A DNA stretch of 64,000 nt from Squalus acanthias (Eukaryota), in assembly GCA_030390025.1 (NCBI GenBank), contig CM059452.1, positions 9,362,001 to 9,426,000 on the forward strand. Direction: 5' to 3'. Below the pieces are notes generated by a model. That model had not been told where the DNA came from. It did no database searches and saw only the letters and a program-made list of their open reading frames with translations. The position numbers and the translations under genes were made by a program. The stretch's first letter is position 1; the number at the start of each line of letters is the position of its first letter. This document shows, one piece after another, positions 38,138 to 50,934 of this stretch.

Positions 38138-40189
38138 CACAGTGATAGAAAGCAGTCTCACCCCCGTACAAAAACTGCCATTGGACTGTAGGGCGGAGCT
38201 CCTGTCTGTTGGAGTTGTGTGGAATCGGGGCAGTTGTAGCCACAATGAGCAGTGCGCTGTCAGGCGCTCAAACACACACCGAGAGGAAACCAAATTAACC
38301 TCGGATCAAACTGTCACCCAATTATTTCCAGGAGCGGCCGAGAAAACAAACTGCAGAATCCAATCGGCCCAAAAGATCGATCACAGAATGAACCGACCGG
38401 TTAAACTGTCCCTTTTGCTTCTGATCAGCTGTTTCCCCTTAAAATCATGGATCGATGTTCAGATCAGCTCCGAGAAACAGGTCGCTGACACTGAAACGTC
38501 ACTCAAATATCGCCGAAACAAGTCACCTACACATGGCCGATGGCACCTCACTCAAACATGGCCGACGGCACATCACTTCAACATGTCCGACAGCGCGTCA
38601 CACGGACTGCAGACTCAAGTCACGCAAACACAGAGCGGGAGAGACTAACGCTGACTGAAGCTCAATGTTACATTACATATTCTTCAAGTTTTCAGAATAG
38701 AACCGGGAGAAACTGTTAATTGTACTTCAGTCATCTTGAATGCTTTGACGCCGATTATCCCTTCTGGCTGTACACGTTAATAAGTACCGTCTACAGCACG
38801 TGCAGATTGACGTCACAAAGACTGCAGACTGACGTCACAGTGACTGCAGACTGACGTCACAGAGACTGCAGACTGCACGATGTCATCAGGGGACATGGGG
38901 ATGGGAAAATCTGGGGATTGTGAAGGGAATGGAAGTGATGGGGAGAAATGAGCGAAAGGACAACCAGACACGGAACAGAAACACAAACAGCAGGTTCAAA
39001 TTCTGACATTGAACAATAGAAGTGATTGATTGAAAGGAATATCTGAGCAATGTACTTGTGCAGGTGAGTGAGGAAACCCTCAGTGGATCAGCCCAGTGCC
39101 TGTCTGTCCTCCATGGTTAAAGATTTAGGCAATGGAGCTGTGTAGGTGAATTAAGCCACCTCCATTGATCAGCCCTTGGTCTGTCTGTACACTTTGAGAG
39201 GGAGATAAATAAAGGTGAGACTGAGTACAGTGAGACATCAACAGAGGGAGATTGATCCAGACGTATAAATATAAAGACACAGAACGGGAACAGTTTAATA
39301 AGGGTTGTGCTGACTATTGCGCCATGAGGATAACCCCTGAAGCCGTGCAGCGGGATAAAGGGATCAGCACTGTTCTGTGAAATACAAATGGACAATGAGA
39401 GGGCTGATTAAACACAGCCTGACTGAGGTAGAGTGACTCACACGGACACAGGGCCGGAGAGACTGACGCTGACTGAAGCTCAGACACACACACACAACCT
39501 GCAGAATGCATGGTGTCACCTGGGGACATGGGAATGAGTGGGAATCTGTGAAATGTAAAGGGAATGAGGGAGATGGGGTGAAATGAGCAGAACAGATGTT
39601 GAAAATCATCAGAGACAGAGGCAAAAATTAACAGACAGGTAAAGAAAAACAAACAGCAGGTTAAAATCAAACAAAGAAATTGATGGAAAAGGACAATGGA
39701 AGTGACTGAATGAAAGGAAGATCTGAGCAATGTACCTCAGCAGGTGAGTGAGGCCCCTCGCGGTGGATCAGCTCAGTGCCTGTCTGTACTCAATGGTTGA
39801 AAGGTTTTCCCCAGGTAGCAACTCTTAGACATGGGTCCCAGCGGGAGAGGTCTCACACAGGCCCAGGAAAGAACCATTCGCGACAGAGTCACATGGAAGA
39901 CTGTCCACCCAGCACCCACCCCACCCCCCGCCCCCCACCCAGGCATAGCTACAGACAGACTCACCTTGGACTCTCCCACACGTGGAGGGCGGGGTCAGAG
40001 ACATAGAAAGCTGTTACATGGTAGGTGAGGGGTTCGGGATTGGGCGGAGGGGGTTTGAGTGACAAACCTCTGCTATGTCAGAAGAGGTCACAGCCACCGA
40101 GCTGCACTCAGGTTGATGAATGTCACTATCTTTAAACTCTCTGTCTCACTGCATATGTATTTAAAATGTGTTGTAGAACGGTGCAATAT

Positions 40190-40560
40190 AAATAGGGGCA
40201 TGACCTAGTTTCATAATACCTGAGATAGAGTCAAGTGTAATATAAACAGAGACATGGTCTAGTGCAGTGATAACTGAGACAGGGCCAAGTGTAGTATAAA
40301 CAGAGACATGTCTAGTGCAGCAATAGCTGAGATGGGGCCTAGTGTTATGCAAACAAAACGATCGTCGAATGCATTAATAAAAGAGACAGGTCTAGCGTAA
40401 TATAAATAGAGACAGGGCCTAGTGTAATATAAAAGAGACATGACCTAATACAGTAATAACTGAGACAGGACCTAGAGCAATATAAATAGAGACAGGGTCT
40501 CGTGCATTAATAACTGAGACAGGGCCCAGTGTAATACAAACAGAGACAGGGTCCAGTTTA
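40190..40560 (-). repeat. Degenerate 27-bp satellite, inverted
   Basis: Reverse complement of the unit at 15385-21100. Confidence 0.9.
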
Positions 40561-41264
40561 ATCTTTAATTATTTTTTTTCATTTCACGGTTTGTATCTCA
40601 CTATTTCATCTCTTCTGATACCTTCTCAGTTAGTCTTTTGTATTCAGCCGGTCCTCTGACTATCTGGCACGGAGCCAAGTACACACCATGTCCGTCCTTA
40701 GAGATTATTATTCGATTAATGTTTGTTCATTAGCTTCTTATCCTGTTCTGAATTTGACCTTCTGGAACCTGCTTTTACTGCAGATTCTTACTTTATATAT
40801 GGGCAAGTCTTTATAATATTGAGAAAGTTTTAATAACGTTATTAGAATTATTGGGATCTTCCCCACCCGACCTATCTCTGTCTACACTGTAGACTGATAT
40901 TTCAAACCAATCATTATTTGTCCCTTTGCCGTGCGTTATATCCGAAGCAGCAGTGCACCAGATACAGGCCACCCGCAGGTGTGTTTATTCTCAATGGGAC
41001 TGGAGTTTCTCAAAGATACACAAATAAACAGCAGCCAATGCTGACCTCACACAGTTAATACAATAATCAGACGGAATCAGTATTCGATGTGAACGGTTTT
41101 ATCTGAGTTTGATGTGGATTCTGCTCGGGGTCTGTGGGCACAGGAATGTATTCACGTGTCAGTGTCTGACCCGCTGTGATAAACAGCCCACAACAGGCAG
41201 CAGCTGTGACACAGAAACCTGCGGCAGTTATTTAACGAGGCTTTAGCTCGTTCCCATCACTGTG

Positions 41265-42340
41265 AGCCTCAGTGCACAGTAATACACCGCGGTGTCAGTC
41301 AGCCGCAGCCCCGAGATGGTCAATCGGTACAACTTGTCTGACCGCTGGACTGTATCAGAAAACCGGCCTTGAGCGAAATCCGCCTGATATTCAGCACCGC
41401 CGCTCGTGTACTTCTGAACTGCAAACTCGGGCTGTCTGCCTGGGTATTGGCGGTACCAGAATACGTAACCATTGGCGGAATAGGTGCAGGTTAAAGTGGC
41501 ATCTTCTCCCTCTGTCTGTGTGAGTGAGGACTCCCGCTGAGTAACAGAATCTGCATCGCTCAGATCTGGAACACACGGTGAAAGAAAGCGAAAAATATGC
41601 ATTAAAGGTTCAAACTGAACCAGCTGACGGTGAAAATTCGCATTGAGTTTTACATAAAATTGAATAGAATTTACTGTATAGAAATAGGTCATTCGGCCAA
41701 CTAGTCTATGTCCGTGTGTATACTCCACACGAACCTCCTCCCACCACTCTTGTTCTAACACTATCAGCATTTCCTTCTATTCCTGTCTCTCGCGTGTGCT
41801 TATCTAGCTTTCCCATAAATGCTTCTATGCCATTCGCTACAACTATTCCTTGTGGTAGCGAGTTCCACATTCTCACCACTCTCTGGATAAAGACGTTTCT
41901 CCTGAATTCCCTACTGGATGTATTTGTGATTATCTTATATTTATGGTCCCTAGTTTAGGAATCCCCCAAGTGGAAACCTCTTCTCTACGTCTATCGTATC
42001 AAAAACCTTCATAATTTTGAAGACCTCTAGCAGGTCACCTCCCAGTCTTCTCTTTTTCAGAGTAAAGTGCCCCAACTTGTTCCATAGTTACAACCTCAGT
42101 TCTGGTATCATCCTTGTAATTTTTTGCATCTGTTCCAGTGTCCCTATATCCTTTTTTTATTATGGAGACCAGAACTGTGCACAGCTCTCCAAGTGTGATC
42201 TAACCAAGGTTCGAAACAAGTTTAAGTAACTTCTCTGGTTTTCAATTTTATTCCTCGACGAATTAAGCCGTTTTAAAAGTTATAAAATTCTGACCGAAAA
42301 TGAATGTCACCCACACCACAGAGAGAACAGGGAGCTGCAT
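41265..42340 (-). CDS. TRAV/TRDV: TCR alpha/delta V (leader 42295-42340, exon 41265-41565) with a CR1 fragment in the intron
   Basis: MQLPVLSVVWVTFIF / ADSVTQRESSLTQTEGEDATLTC..FWYRQYPG..LTDTAVYYCALRL. RSS CACAGTG-23-TAAATAACT (weak nonamer) at 41226-41264. Confidence 0.9.
41665..42265 (-). mobile_element. CR1 3' fragment inside the leader-V intron
   Basis: Degenerate similarity to the 3' part of CR1 ORF2 and its tail. Confidence 0.75.
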
Positions 42341-42435
42341 TGTTGCTGCTCCGCAATTCGAGGGACTTTTTGTGTCTCAGAAACCTGCAGAACATCAAAT
42401 AGTAGGAGCTGAGAGCGTCGGCTGGGGCTGGTCGA

Positions 42436-42508
42436 ATGTCACTTCCTGCAGAACATCAATCAGAATGAGCTGAGGTCGCCGGCTAGGGCTAGCCTGATGT
42501 CACTTCCT
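42436..42508 (-). promoter_or_regulatory. ETS/CRE composite elements including the TCR V promoter decamer AGTGACATCA
   Basis: AGGAAGTGACATCA (decamer at 42495-42504) and a second AGGAAGTGACATT copy, ~100-165 bp upstream of the ATG at 42340. Confidence 0.6.
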
Positions 42509-42604
42509 TAACCACAGCTGTGTTTGTTGCAGAGTACTGAATCATCCACTAACGTCACATTCTGCTGATCAGAGAGAGAAATACTAATAAAAAAATACAC
42601 CGTA

Positions 42605-42900
42605 ATCTCTCATTGATCCGAGACACAGCTTGATCTCTAATTGACCTGAGAGACAACTTGATCTCTAATTGACCTGAGAGACAGTTTGATTTCCAATTGA
42701 CCTGAGAGACAGTTTGATCACCAATTGACCGGAGAGACAGCTTGATCTCTAATTTGCCTGAGAAACAGCTTGATCTCTAATTGACCAGAGACACAGCTTG
42801 ATCTCTAATTGACCTGAGAGACAGCTTGATCTCTAATTGACCGGAGGGACAGCTTGATCTCTAATTGACCTGAGAGACAGCTTGATCTTTTATTGACCCG
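42605..42900 (+). repeat. 28-bp minisatellite, ~10 copies
   Basis: Unit gagagacagcttgatctctaattgacct. Confidence 0.92.
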
Positions 42901-43660
42901 TTGAGAGTCGCCTCAAAGTGACAAAAATATTTAAATATAAATGAAGATATTGAGTTTACTTGACTCACTGTCACTAATCAGACTGAGGTGGTTGACGGGG
43001 GTCGGGTTTGATTAACCTTCTGCAGGCGACACACAAGGGGAAGATTTCCTCTGGTCTCTCTGCGTTAGCGACATCCCAAACACAGCGGGGAATCTCGTCT
43101 GATCGCTAGTTTAGTGCAATCAGTATTCATTATTGTAGAATGCGTTCACTATGTCACTAGAAATCTGCCGCACACGGTGGAAACCTCGGTGTAAACACGA
43201 ATGTTACAGAAGAATCAGATTATTGCTCTCTGTGAGCCGTCAAACACCGACAGAAATTAAACAAATACTCAGAAAAGGGAAGGTTCAGAGCCCTTTGAAT
43301 ATAATCCCAAACCTAAGCAACGCTGCACAATTCTGTGCTGGTTTAAGGGGTGTGAAAATGAAAAAAACACAGCGGCAGTGAAGTGGGAAACTTGAAATTG
43401 AACAGACATTACACGGTACATTGGCCTATTAAACCTGCGCAGGTTTCCTCCTGTTCATTCCTCATTATAGAGTGAATGAAATCTAAAATCATACTCCTCT
43501 ATTCAGAGCTGTTGTGAGTTGCCCTGTGGGAATATTCTGTCCTGACAGTAACTGTCCTAATCAGACCATCACAGGCGGGTATTCCGGCCACACACTGTTC
43601 TATTTACACGCGGTGTGCTGCAGTTTTTGTACAGGGCGAGCACAGAGCTGTGCAGCTGTG

Positions 43661-44104
43661 GGTCTCAGAGCGCAGTAATACACGGCGGCGTCTGACAGCT
43701 CCGCCCCAGAAACTGTCAGCCGAACCGCGCTCTCCTCTGCGCTCAGCTCCGCTGTAAAACGGTCCTTGGCGAAGTCGGCTGGGAAAGTGCCGTATGTGGT
43801 GATAAGCAACACGTTCACCGGAGGCCGACCGGCAAGCTGCCGGTACCAGAAAAGTCGAGGGTTTGTATCTGTTGTAGTAAAACTACAATTCAGCGTCACC
43901 GCTTCTCCTTCCCGCACCGTCCTGGTCGAATAGTCTTGGTGCACGGAATCGCCACCAACTCTGTTGGCTGGAAGAGAAATTGATAATTTACAAATAACCG
44001 CACCACTAACCGGACCTATTGGTGTGTGTTCTATTCGGATTCCACATGTACTTACACAGCACAGAGAGGGCCAACACCACACTGAAATAAACAGGGAAAT
44101 ACAT
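43661..44104 (-). CDS. TRAV/TRDV: TCR alpha/delta V (leader 44056-44104, exon 43661-43967), open
   Basis: MYFPVYFSVVLALSVL / GDSVHQDYSTRTVREGEAVTLNC..FWYRQLAG..LSDAAVYYCALRP. RSS CACAGCT-23-ACAAAAACT at 43622-43660. Confidence 0.93.
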
Positions 44105-45358
44105 CGCTGTCCGCGGGTCACAATATGAGCATCGACCCCTTCTCTGCTGTCGCATAAACTGCTACCAGTACAGGACCAGGCTGAGCTATTTAAACCTGTG
44201 ACAAGCATAGAAAGGGAAGTGACTCTGTAACTATGTCACATCCGTTTGGGGTAATTTCACACCATCAGGGAGCAGGAAGTGTGCGCAGCAACATCCGAAA
44301 TATTTCAATGGAGATTCCTCTGGTCGGTATTTCAAGGGAAATAGTAAACTCTTCCTTTTTGAATAAATTTATTTCACAAAAAAACGTATTTAAGGTTCAT
44401 TTAGAGGGAGACCAGAGGAAATCTTCGTGAAACAATGTACCATTCCCTGCACTCTGAGCAGAGAAACTATCCCCCTTCCTTAGTCATTTAGGTCATTGCA
44501 TGTAGCAGTGGCATTTTACATAGACAGCGTTGAGCTGCCCTTAGCGTTACCCGGGGACAATAAATGACGTTTGATTTAGCAAATAACGATCGAGAGACTA
44601 TAGAATTTCGCTCCACGGCGCCACCACTTGGACGGAGCCAGAAACTACATGCTGACTGCTCTCCTTGGTCACTGTAACCGCCCAGTGTCTCTTTAACTCT
44701 CCTTCTGAGCTCATTTCACAGAAACATAGAATCTTACAGCACGGAAGGTGACCTTTGCCCCGTTGTGCCTGTGCTGTTAGTGCCACTGCCCTGCTCTTTC
44801 CCCATAGCCCTGAAAATGTTTCCTTTTCAAGTATATATCAAATTCCATTTTCAAATTTCTTTTTATAGGGAAGGCAGCATCCTACCCAAGATTTGTACCA
44901 ATATATAGAGAGATAATGTAAACCTTTGATCCTCGGAAATTGCTCGGAGCGCCTGTGTGTGTGTGTGTCTCCCCCAATCTCTATATAAAGATGATAGATA
45001 ATTATATAGAAAAACGAATAAAAGGAAGACAGAAGGAGGATGGAAAGTTTGTTTTGTAATATTGGAAAATAATGACCGGTTGAAGCGGTTCCCGGTAACC
45101 TCGCCACAAGCAGGCTGTTTAAAATCGATTCAATATACCCATTTGAGTTTGTTGTAAAGTGTTTGTGCTACAGAGCAGCAGCAGGTTATTGGTAAAGAGA
45201 CGGACACAAGTTCCTCGCAGGTCTCTGTCACTCTCTCACTGTGGAGGCTGAATTATCGCTTCTGTTTGTCGGTGTGAGAGCGCCCTCTGGTGAGCACTAA
45301 CTGGAACTCTCAGTGTGGGGTTTTTGTACGGGATCCGCTATATCTCGGCAGCAGTGTG

Positions 45359-45862
45359 GGGCTCATGGCACAGAAATACACGGCGCTGTCGGAGATCAGG
45401 ACGTTGCTGATCGTTAGCTCGGCAACCGTGGTAGTTTTATTAAATGTAGAAGAGAATCGGTCTATGTCAGAGAAGTCGCGGTTCCTGTTTACTATCCCTG
45501 CAATAATATAAACCACGTACTGTGGAGGCTGCCCGGGGTGTTGACTGTACCAGAACACTGTAGGTACAGTAGTGCTTGTTTTCACGGTGCAGGTTAGAGT
45601 GACATTACTTTCCTCTTCAACTGTCATTTCAGGAACCGGCTGTTCCACTGTGTCTTGGTGGCTCCATTCTAAAATGACATAATAGTAATATTCACCATCA
45701 TCATCACCTCAATCAACATAACCATCATCATCACCATCATTTCACCAATAATAACACCTGGGTTACAGCAGTCGGGGGAAGAATGCATTTTTCCTGGGTG
45801 GGAAGGAAATACTTACCGAGTAGAGATATAATGACGAGGAGCGTTGCGAGACGGTTCCACAT
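45359..45862 (-). CDS. TRAV/TRDV: TCR alpha/delta V, family A copy 2 (leader 45817-45862, exon 45359-45668)
   Basis: MWNRLATLLVIISLL / WSHQDTVEQPVPEM..FWYSQHPG..ISDSAVYFCAMSP. RSS CACACTG-24-ACAAAAACC at 45319-45358. Confidence 0.94.
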
Positions 45863-46688
45863 GATGCTCCCTGAGTCTGTAACTCTGCAGTCCGGGAAAT
45901 CCTCTGTCGGAGCAGAAATACAGATCCCCGCCCCACTGCACTGTTAATGCAACCAATGCCAAACAAGGAACAGAGGCAGCAATCCCTCCAATAACACAGG
46001 GCAGGCAAGGCGGGTCAGAGCGAGAGCAGCAAACGGAAGCTGTGGGCGGGGCTGCCGCGGGCAGTGTCACCGCAAGATTTGTCTCTATAATTTCCAGTTG
46101 ATTACGGCCAGAAACATGTGACCACGGCGCCCTCTGGCGGTGACCCGGGACTGTACACTGTCAGCATCCTGGGCAGAGTAAAGTGTGAGTACGGGACAGC
46201 TGCCAGCGGCTTGATATTGGGAGTCGCGTTTCAGACAATTCAACTGTGCAAACAGGGCGAAGGGAAATGTGAGTGAATTTAAAGGATTTTACATTATTTC
46301 CGGACCATTTTCTTTATGGCTTTCTCTTACCTTTTAGCTTTGTGTTTCTCACTCGTTATTTCTCACTCTTTTTTATTTCTCTTTCCCTCCTTTCCAAATT
46401 TGCTGTCCTCTACACTCTCATTATTACACCGCTTTTTCACTTTCTCTCTAATTCTCTCTTTGATGTTTTCTCTTTCTTTTCCTCTGTCTATGTTTCCAAC
46501 TCTCTTCATTTCTCACTTTATTCAAATCATTCTCTTCAATATATCATCATTGTTCTGTGCTCAGTCCCTCTGCCCTCCGATTATTATAACCGGGCCCCTC
46601 CCAATCCCGTTGCTCCAAACACAGCAGAGCGGCGCTCCCCCTCGGTGCAGGTTTCTGTGCGGACTCTCCGCCTGTTGGTTACACTGTG

Positions 46689-47022
46689 GGCTCACGGCGC
46701 AGAGATAGGTGGCGCTGTCTGTCACTCGCGCGTCTCTCACAGTCAGGGCACTGAGTTTATTGCCTCCCCCGATTGAAGCAGTGATCCATCCGTGTTGATC
46801 GGTGCCGCTTGTGGCCATCACCAGGTGCTGGAGGGTCTGATCCGGGTGCTGTCTGTACCAATGCAGGATGGTAATCGCAGCGGTAGCGGAGCAGTTGATG
46901 GACACGATTCCCACTTCACTAACAACCACCAGCCGAGGGAGCTGCATCAGCTCATCTTCACCGCTCACATCCGTGCAGATCAGAATGTAAATCAGCAGGG
47001 AAACTCTGCAAATCCGGAGCAT
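46689..47022 (-). CDS. TRAV/TRDV: TCR alpha/delta V, family B copy 2; single-exon leader and V
   Basis: MLRICRVSLLIYILICTDVSG-EDELMQLP..SINC..HWYRQ..DSATYLCAVSP. RSS CACAGTG-23-ACAGAAACC at 46650-46688. Confidence 0.92.
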
Positions 47023-47199
47023 TATCCGATCAGATTAAAAGGAGGCTGGAAGAATTGTACACAGAGGTCGGGCAAGAACCAGGACTCTGATATTATATCC
47101 AGGAGAATTAGGAAGGAGACAAACTCCCCTTCATGTCCAACTCCGAGGCTCCTTCCGGTCGAACTAACGAAACTTGCTCCGTCTCGGGCTTTACCCACA

Positions 47200-48030
47200 C
47201 CGGGCCGCCCACACTCAGTGTGACTCACTGACACCAGCTCACACTGTCTCTGAGCTCACACCGGGCCGCTCACACTCAGTGTTTCTCACTGACACCAGCT
47301 CACACTGTCTCTGAGCTCACACCGGGCCGCTCACACTCAGTGTTTCTCACTGACACCAGCTCACACTGTCTCTGAGCTCACACCGGGCCGCTCACACTCA
47401 GTGTTTCTCACTGACACCAGCTCACACTGTCTCTGAGCTCACACCGGGCCGCTCACACTCAGTGTTTCTCACTGACACCAGCTCACACTGTCTCTGAGCT
47501 CACACCGGGCCGCTCACACTCAGTGTTTCTCACTGACACCAGCTCACACTGTCTCTGAGCTCACACCGGGCCGCCCACACACTCAGTGTTTCTCACTGAC
47601 ACCAGCTCACACTGTCTCTGAGCTCACACCGGGCCGCACCACTCAGTGTTTCACTGACACCAGCTCACACTGTCTCTGAGCTCACACCGGGCCGCCCACA
47701 CTCAGTGTCTCACTGATACCAGCTCACACTGTCTCTGAGCTCACACCGGGCCGCCCACACTCGGTGTCTTACTGACACCAGCTCACACTGTCTCTGAGCT
47801 CACACCGGGTCGCGCACACTCAGTGTTTCTCACTGACACCAGCTCACACAGTCTCTGAGCTCACACCGGACCGCTCACACTCAGTGTTTCTCTCTGACAC
47901 CAGCTCACACTGTCTGTGAGCTCACACCGGGCCGCTCACACTCAGTGTTTCTCACTGACACCAGCTCACACTGTCTCTGAGCTCACACTGGGTCGCCCAC
48001 ACTCAGTGTTTCTCACTGACAGCAGCTCAC
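47200..48030 (+). repeat. ~61-bp minisatellite, ~13 copies
   Basis: Unit cgggccgctcacactcagtgtttctcactgacaccagctcacactgtctctgagctcacac. Confidence 0.95.
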
Positions 48031-48861
48031 ATTGTTAATGGTGAGCCTTATTTCAGACATAGTATTCGGTATCTTTTAAACACAATCTGACAAACTATTA
48101 AACAGCAATGTTGGTTCACACCGCCCTCTTGTGGCTGTTGGCTGATTCACATTTCAACTTTCGATGCAATGGATGTAACGTGGATTGGTCTGTCAGGACA
48201 CCGCGAGGTTTACTTTGGGCCGTTTCTACGTGTCGTGTAAAATACAGAATGGAGACACTCTTCAGGAATTCATTCTCAATGAATCTTAATATATTAAAAC
48301 ACAAAAAGGTGATTAAGCCCATCAAGTCTTCACACTTCCGTTCTCGCTCCCTGTACTCTTTAATAATTCTCTCAGTACCCAACAGGCTTCTTTATAAAAG
48401 AATAATTGATGGAGTCTGCGTCACTAACAGTGTCTGGCAGAGAATTCCAGCTTCTCACCTCCCTTAAATAGGAAGCTTTTTGAAGAATGAACTTCAGTCC
48501 GAAGGTTTTTTCCTCTTTCCGAGCAGTTCTGGGATGTGTCCGTGACATTGTGGGTGAGGCCGGTAACGGTCAGACAGAATCCTCACCCATTCCCGGGGTC
48601 GGATGATCAGATGTCCGGGACAAAGCAGAACAGCTCACGGAGCCTGTGTGCCGGGGCCGCGGGCAGTGATGATGAACACAGACAGCGACAATGATCAGCG
48701 GCAGCTCATTGAAACCAGGCTCTTGGTTTGATTCAGGAAATGACGGGGACTCCGTGTGGTGACAGAAACATTTCAAATTCTCCCCTTCAGTCCGAAAGCT
48801 GCAACTGAGAGGAGGCACTGGGTGAAGTGCGGGCTCCCAGTGCGGGAAGACTGCGGCCATT

Positions 48862-49655
48862 ATGGAGTTCGGGCTTTTCGTTATTTGGGGCCTAACAACG
48901 TTGTTATTCGGTTGGTTTATTTATTTATACTTCTGTGTCTGTCTGTCCATTCCACTATTGACACAAGTGTCCTCTGTTCATCGATCCCCAGGTCTGCCCA
49001 CCTATCTGTCTAATTGTCCATCCACCTGTCTCTCTACTTGTCTGTCTGTTTATGTGTGTATCTCTCACTATCTGTCTCTCTCTCGCTTTCTGTCCTTCGT
49101 CTGTCTGTCTATCTGCCTGTCGGCCTGTTTTTCTCTTTGCCCCCTGCTGTCTGTCTGTCTCTCTGCCTCTCTGTCTGTCTTACTCTCTGTCCACCTGCCT
49201 GTCTATCTATATCCAGCCATTTATCTGATGCTTTATCTTTCTTTCTCTTTGTCACACTGTGCATACACAGAGAGATAGACAGATGTATTGTTGAAGAAAG
49301 AGAAACGGATGATCTGTTCTTCTCTCTGTATCCATGGGTAACTGGGAATTATTTCTGCAGGACTGAGCTCTGGAGATTCTGTCGATCAATGGCCAACAGA
49401 AGCCCAATATCCGGAAGGAACCTCGATGAGTATTAATTGCAACTATTCATCCTCCGAAGCGAGCTACTACCTCGAGCTTTATCTTCAGAACCAGAACAAG
49501 GCTCCCACTGTCATAATTCGAGTACATTCCTTTGGAAAGGACGAAGTTAACGGCCGTTTCTCTCTCATTCTGGAAAAGTCGAAAACTGTCGCTGTTTTCA
49601 CCTTGACTGAGCTGCAGCTCGCTGACAGCGCCGTGTACTACTGTGCACTGAGGCC
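48862..49655 (+). CDS. TRAV/TRDV: TCR alpha/delta V (leader 48862-48910, exon 49361-49655), open
   Basis: MEFGLFVIWGLTTLLFG / GDSVDQWPTEAQYPEGTSMSINC..LELYLQ..LADSAVYYCALRP. RSS CACAGTA-23-ACATTAACC at 49656-49694. The intron contains a ctgt/ct microsatellite. Confidence 0.88.
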
Positions 49656-50340
49656 CACAGTAAGAAGGGCCTCGGGACACCTCGTACATTAACCGTGATC
49701 TGTGAGATCAGCTCAAAGGAGATACTCTAAACTCGGCCACCAGGTGGCGCTGACAGCGCACGGACTCTCAAAGCCGGTCACTTTCCATCAACCAATACTG
49801 ACCGACAATTCCTCAAAATAAATTAACGTGAAAATTCATTTTATTTCATATTTCTGCTCATTAATGTTATCCAATCCCTTACAATTGAATAATTTCACAA
49901 GTTAGTTAAGTGTAAATGAGATGTGCACCTGGTTTTAACCCACTTCACAGATGAAGATTTCCGTGACTATTGAATAACATAATAATTCTGCAATTCCTGT
50001 CGCGAGCCTACTTGTCCCGAATTTGTAATAAATGTGAAAGTAACGCAACTTTTATAGAGAGGCAGAGTTATAACATTTCGGAACGGGACGTTGTTATTGA
50101 ATTCAGTTCCTCACAGGTGGATCCCACATGTGACAACACCGCCCGCGGCAGCCCCGCCCACAGCTTCCGTTTGCTGCTCTCGCTCTGACCCGCCTTGCCC
50201 GCCCTGTGTTATTGGAGGGATTGCTGCCGCTGTTCCCTGTTTGGCGTTGGTTGGATCAGCAGTGCAGTGGGGCGGGGATCTGTATTCCTGCGCCGACAGA
50301 AGATTCCCCGGACTGCAGAGTTACAGACTCAGGGAGCGTC

Positions 50341-50803
50341 ATGCGGATCCCTCTCGCAACGCTCCTCGTCATTATATCACTTCTCAGTAAGGATTTCCTT
50401 CCCAGTGAAATCCCATTCTCCACCTGACTGCTGTAACCCAGATGTTAATGTGGTAAAATGCTGGTGATGATGATGACTATTACTATTATTTTATGTTAGA
50501 ATGGAGCCACCAAGACACAGTAGAACAGCCGATCCCTGAAATGACGGTTGAAGAGGAAAGTAATGTCACACTAACCTGCACCTTGAAAACAGGCTATGCT
50601 AACCCTTCTGTGTTATGGTACAGTCACCACCCCGGGCAACCTCCACTGTACGTGGTTTATCACTATGTAGGGATAGTAAACCGGGGCCCCGGCTTTAGTG
50701 ACAGATTCTCTTCTACATTCAATCAAACAACCAAGATTACTGAGCTAACGATCAGCAACGCCTTGATCTCAGACACCGCCGTGTATTTCTGTGCCATGGA
50801 CCC
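50341..50803 (+). CDS. TRAV/TRDV: TCR alpha/delta V, family A copy 3 (leader 50341-50386, exon 50500-50803)
   Basis: MRIPLATLLVIISLL / WSHQDTVEQPIPEM..LWYSHHPG..ISDTAVYFCAMDP. RSS CACACTG-24-ACAAAAACC at 50804-50843. Confidence 0.93.
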
Positions 50804-50934
50804 CACACTGCAGCAGAGATACAGCGGATCCCGTACAAAAACCCACACTGAGAGTTACAGTTAGTGCTCACCAGAGGGCGCTCTCACACCGATAAACAGA
50901 AGCGACAATTCAGCCTCCAAAGGTCGACAAAACA

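Noticed and set aside
48500-48720. Possible leader and GEDSV V remnant on the minus strand
   Set aside because: Stop immediately after DSV, with no Cys/Trp framework or RSS.
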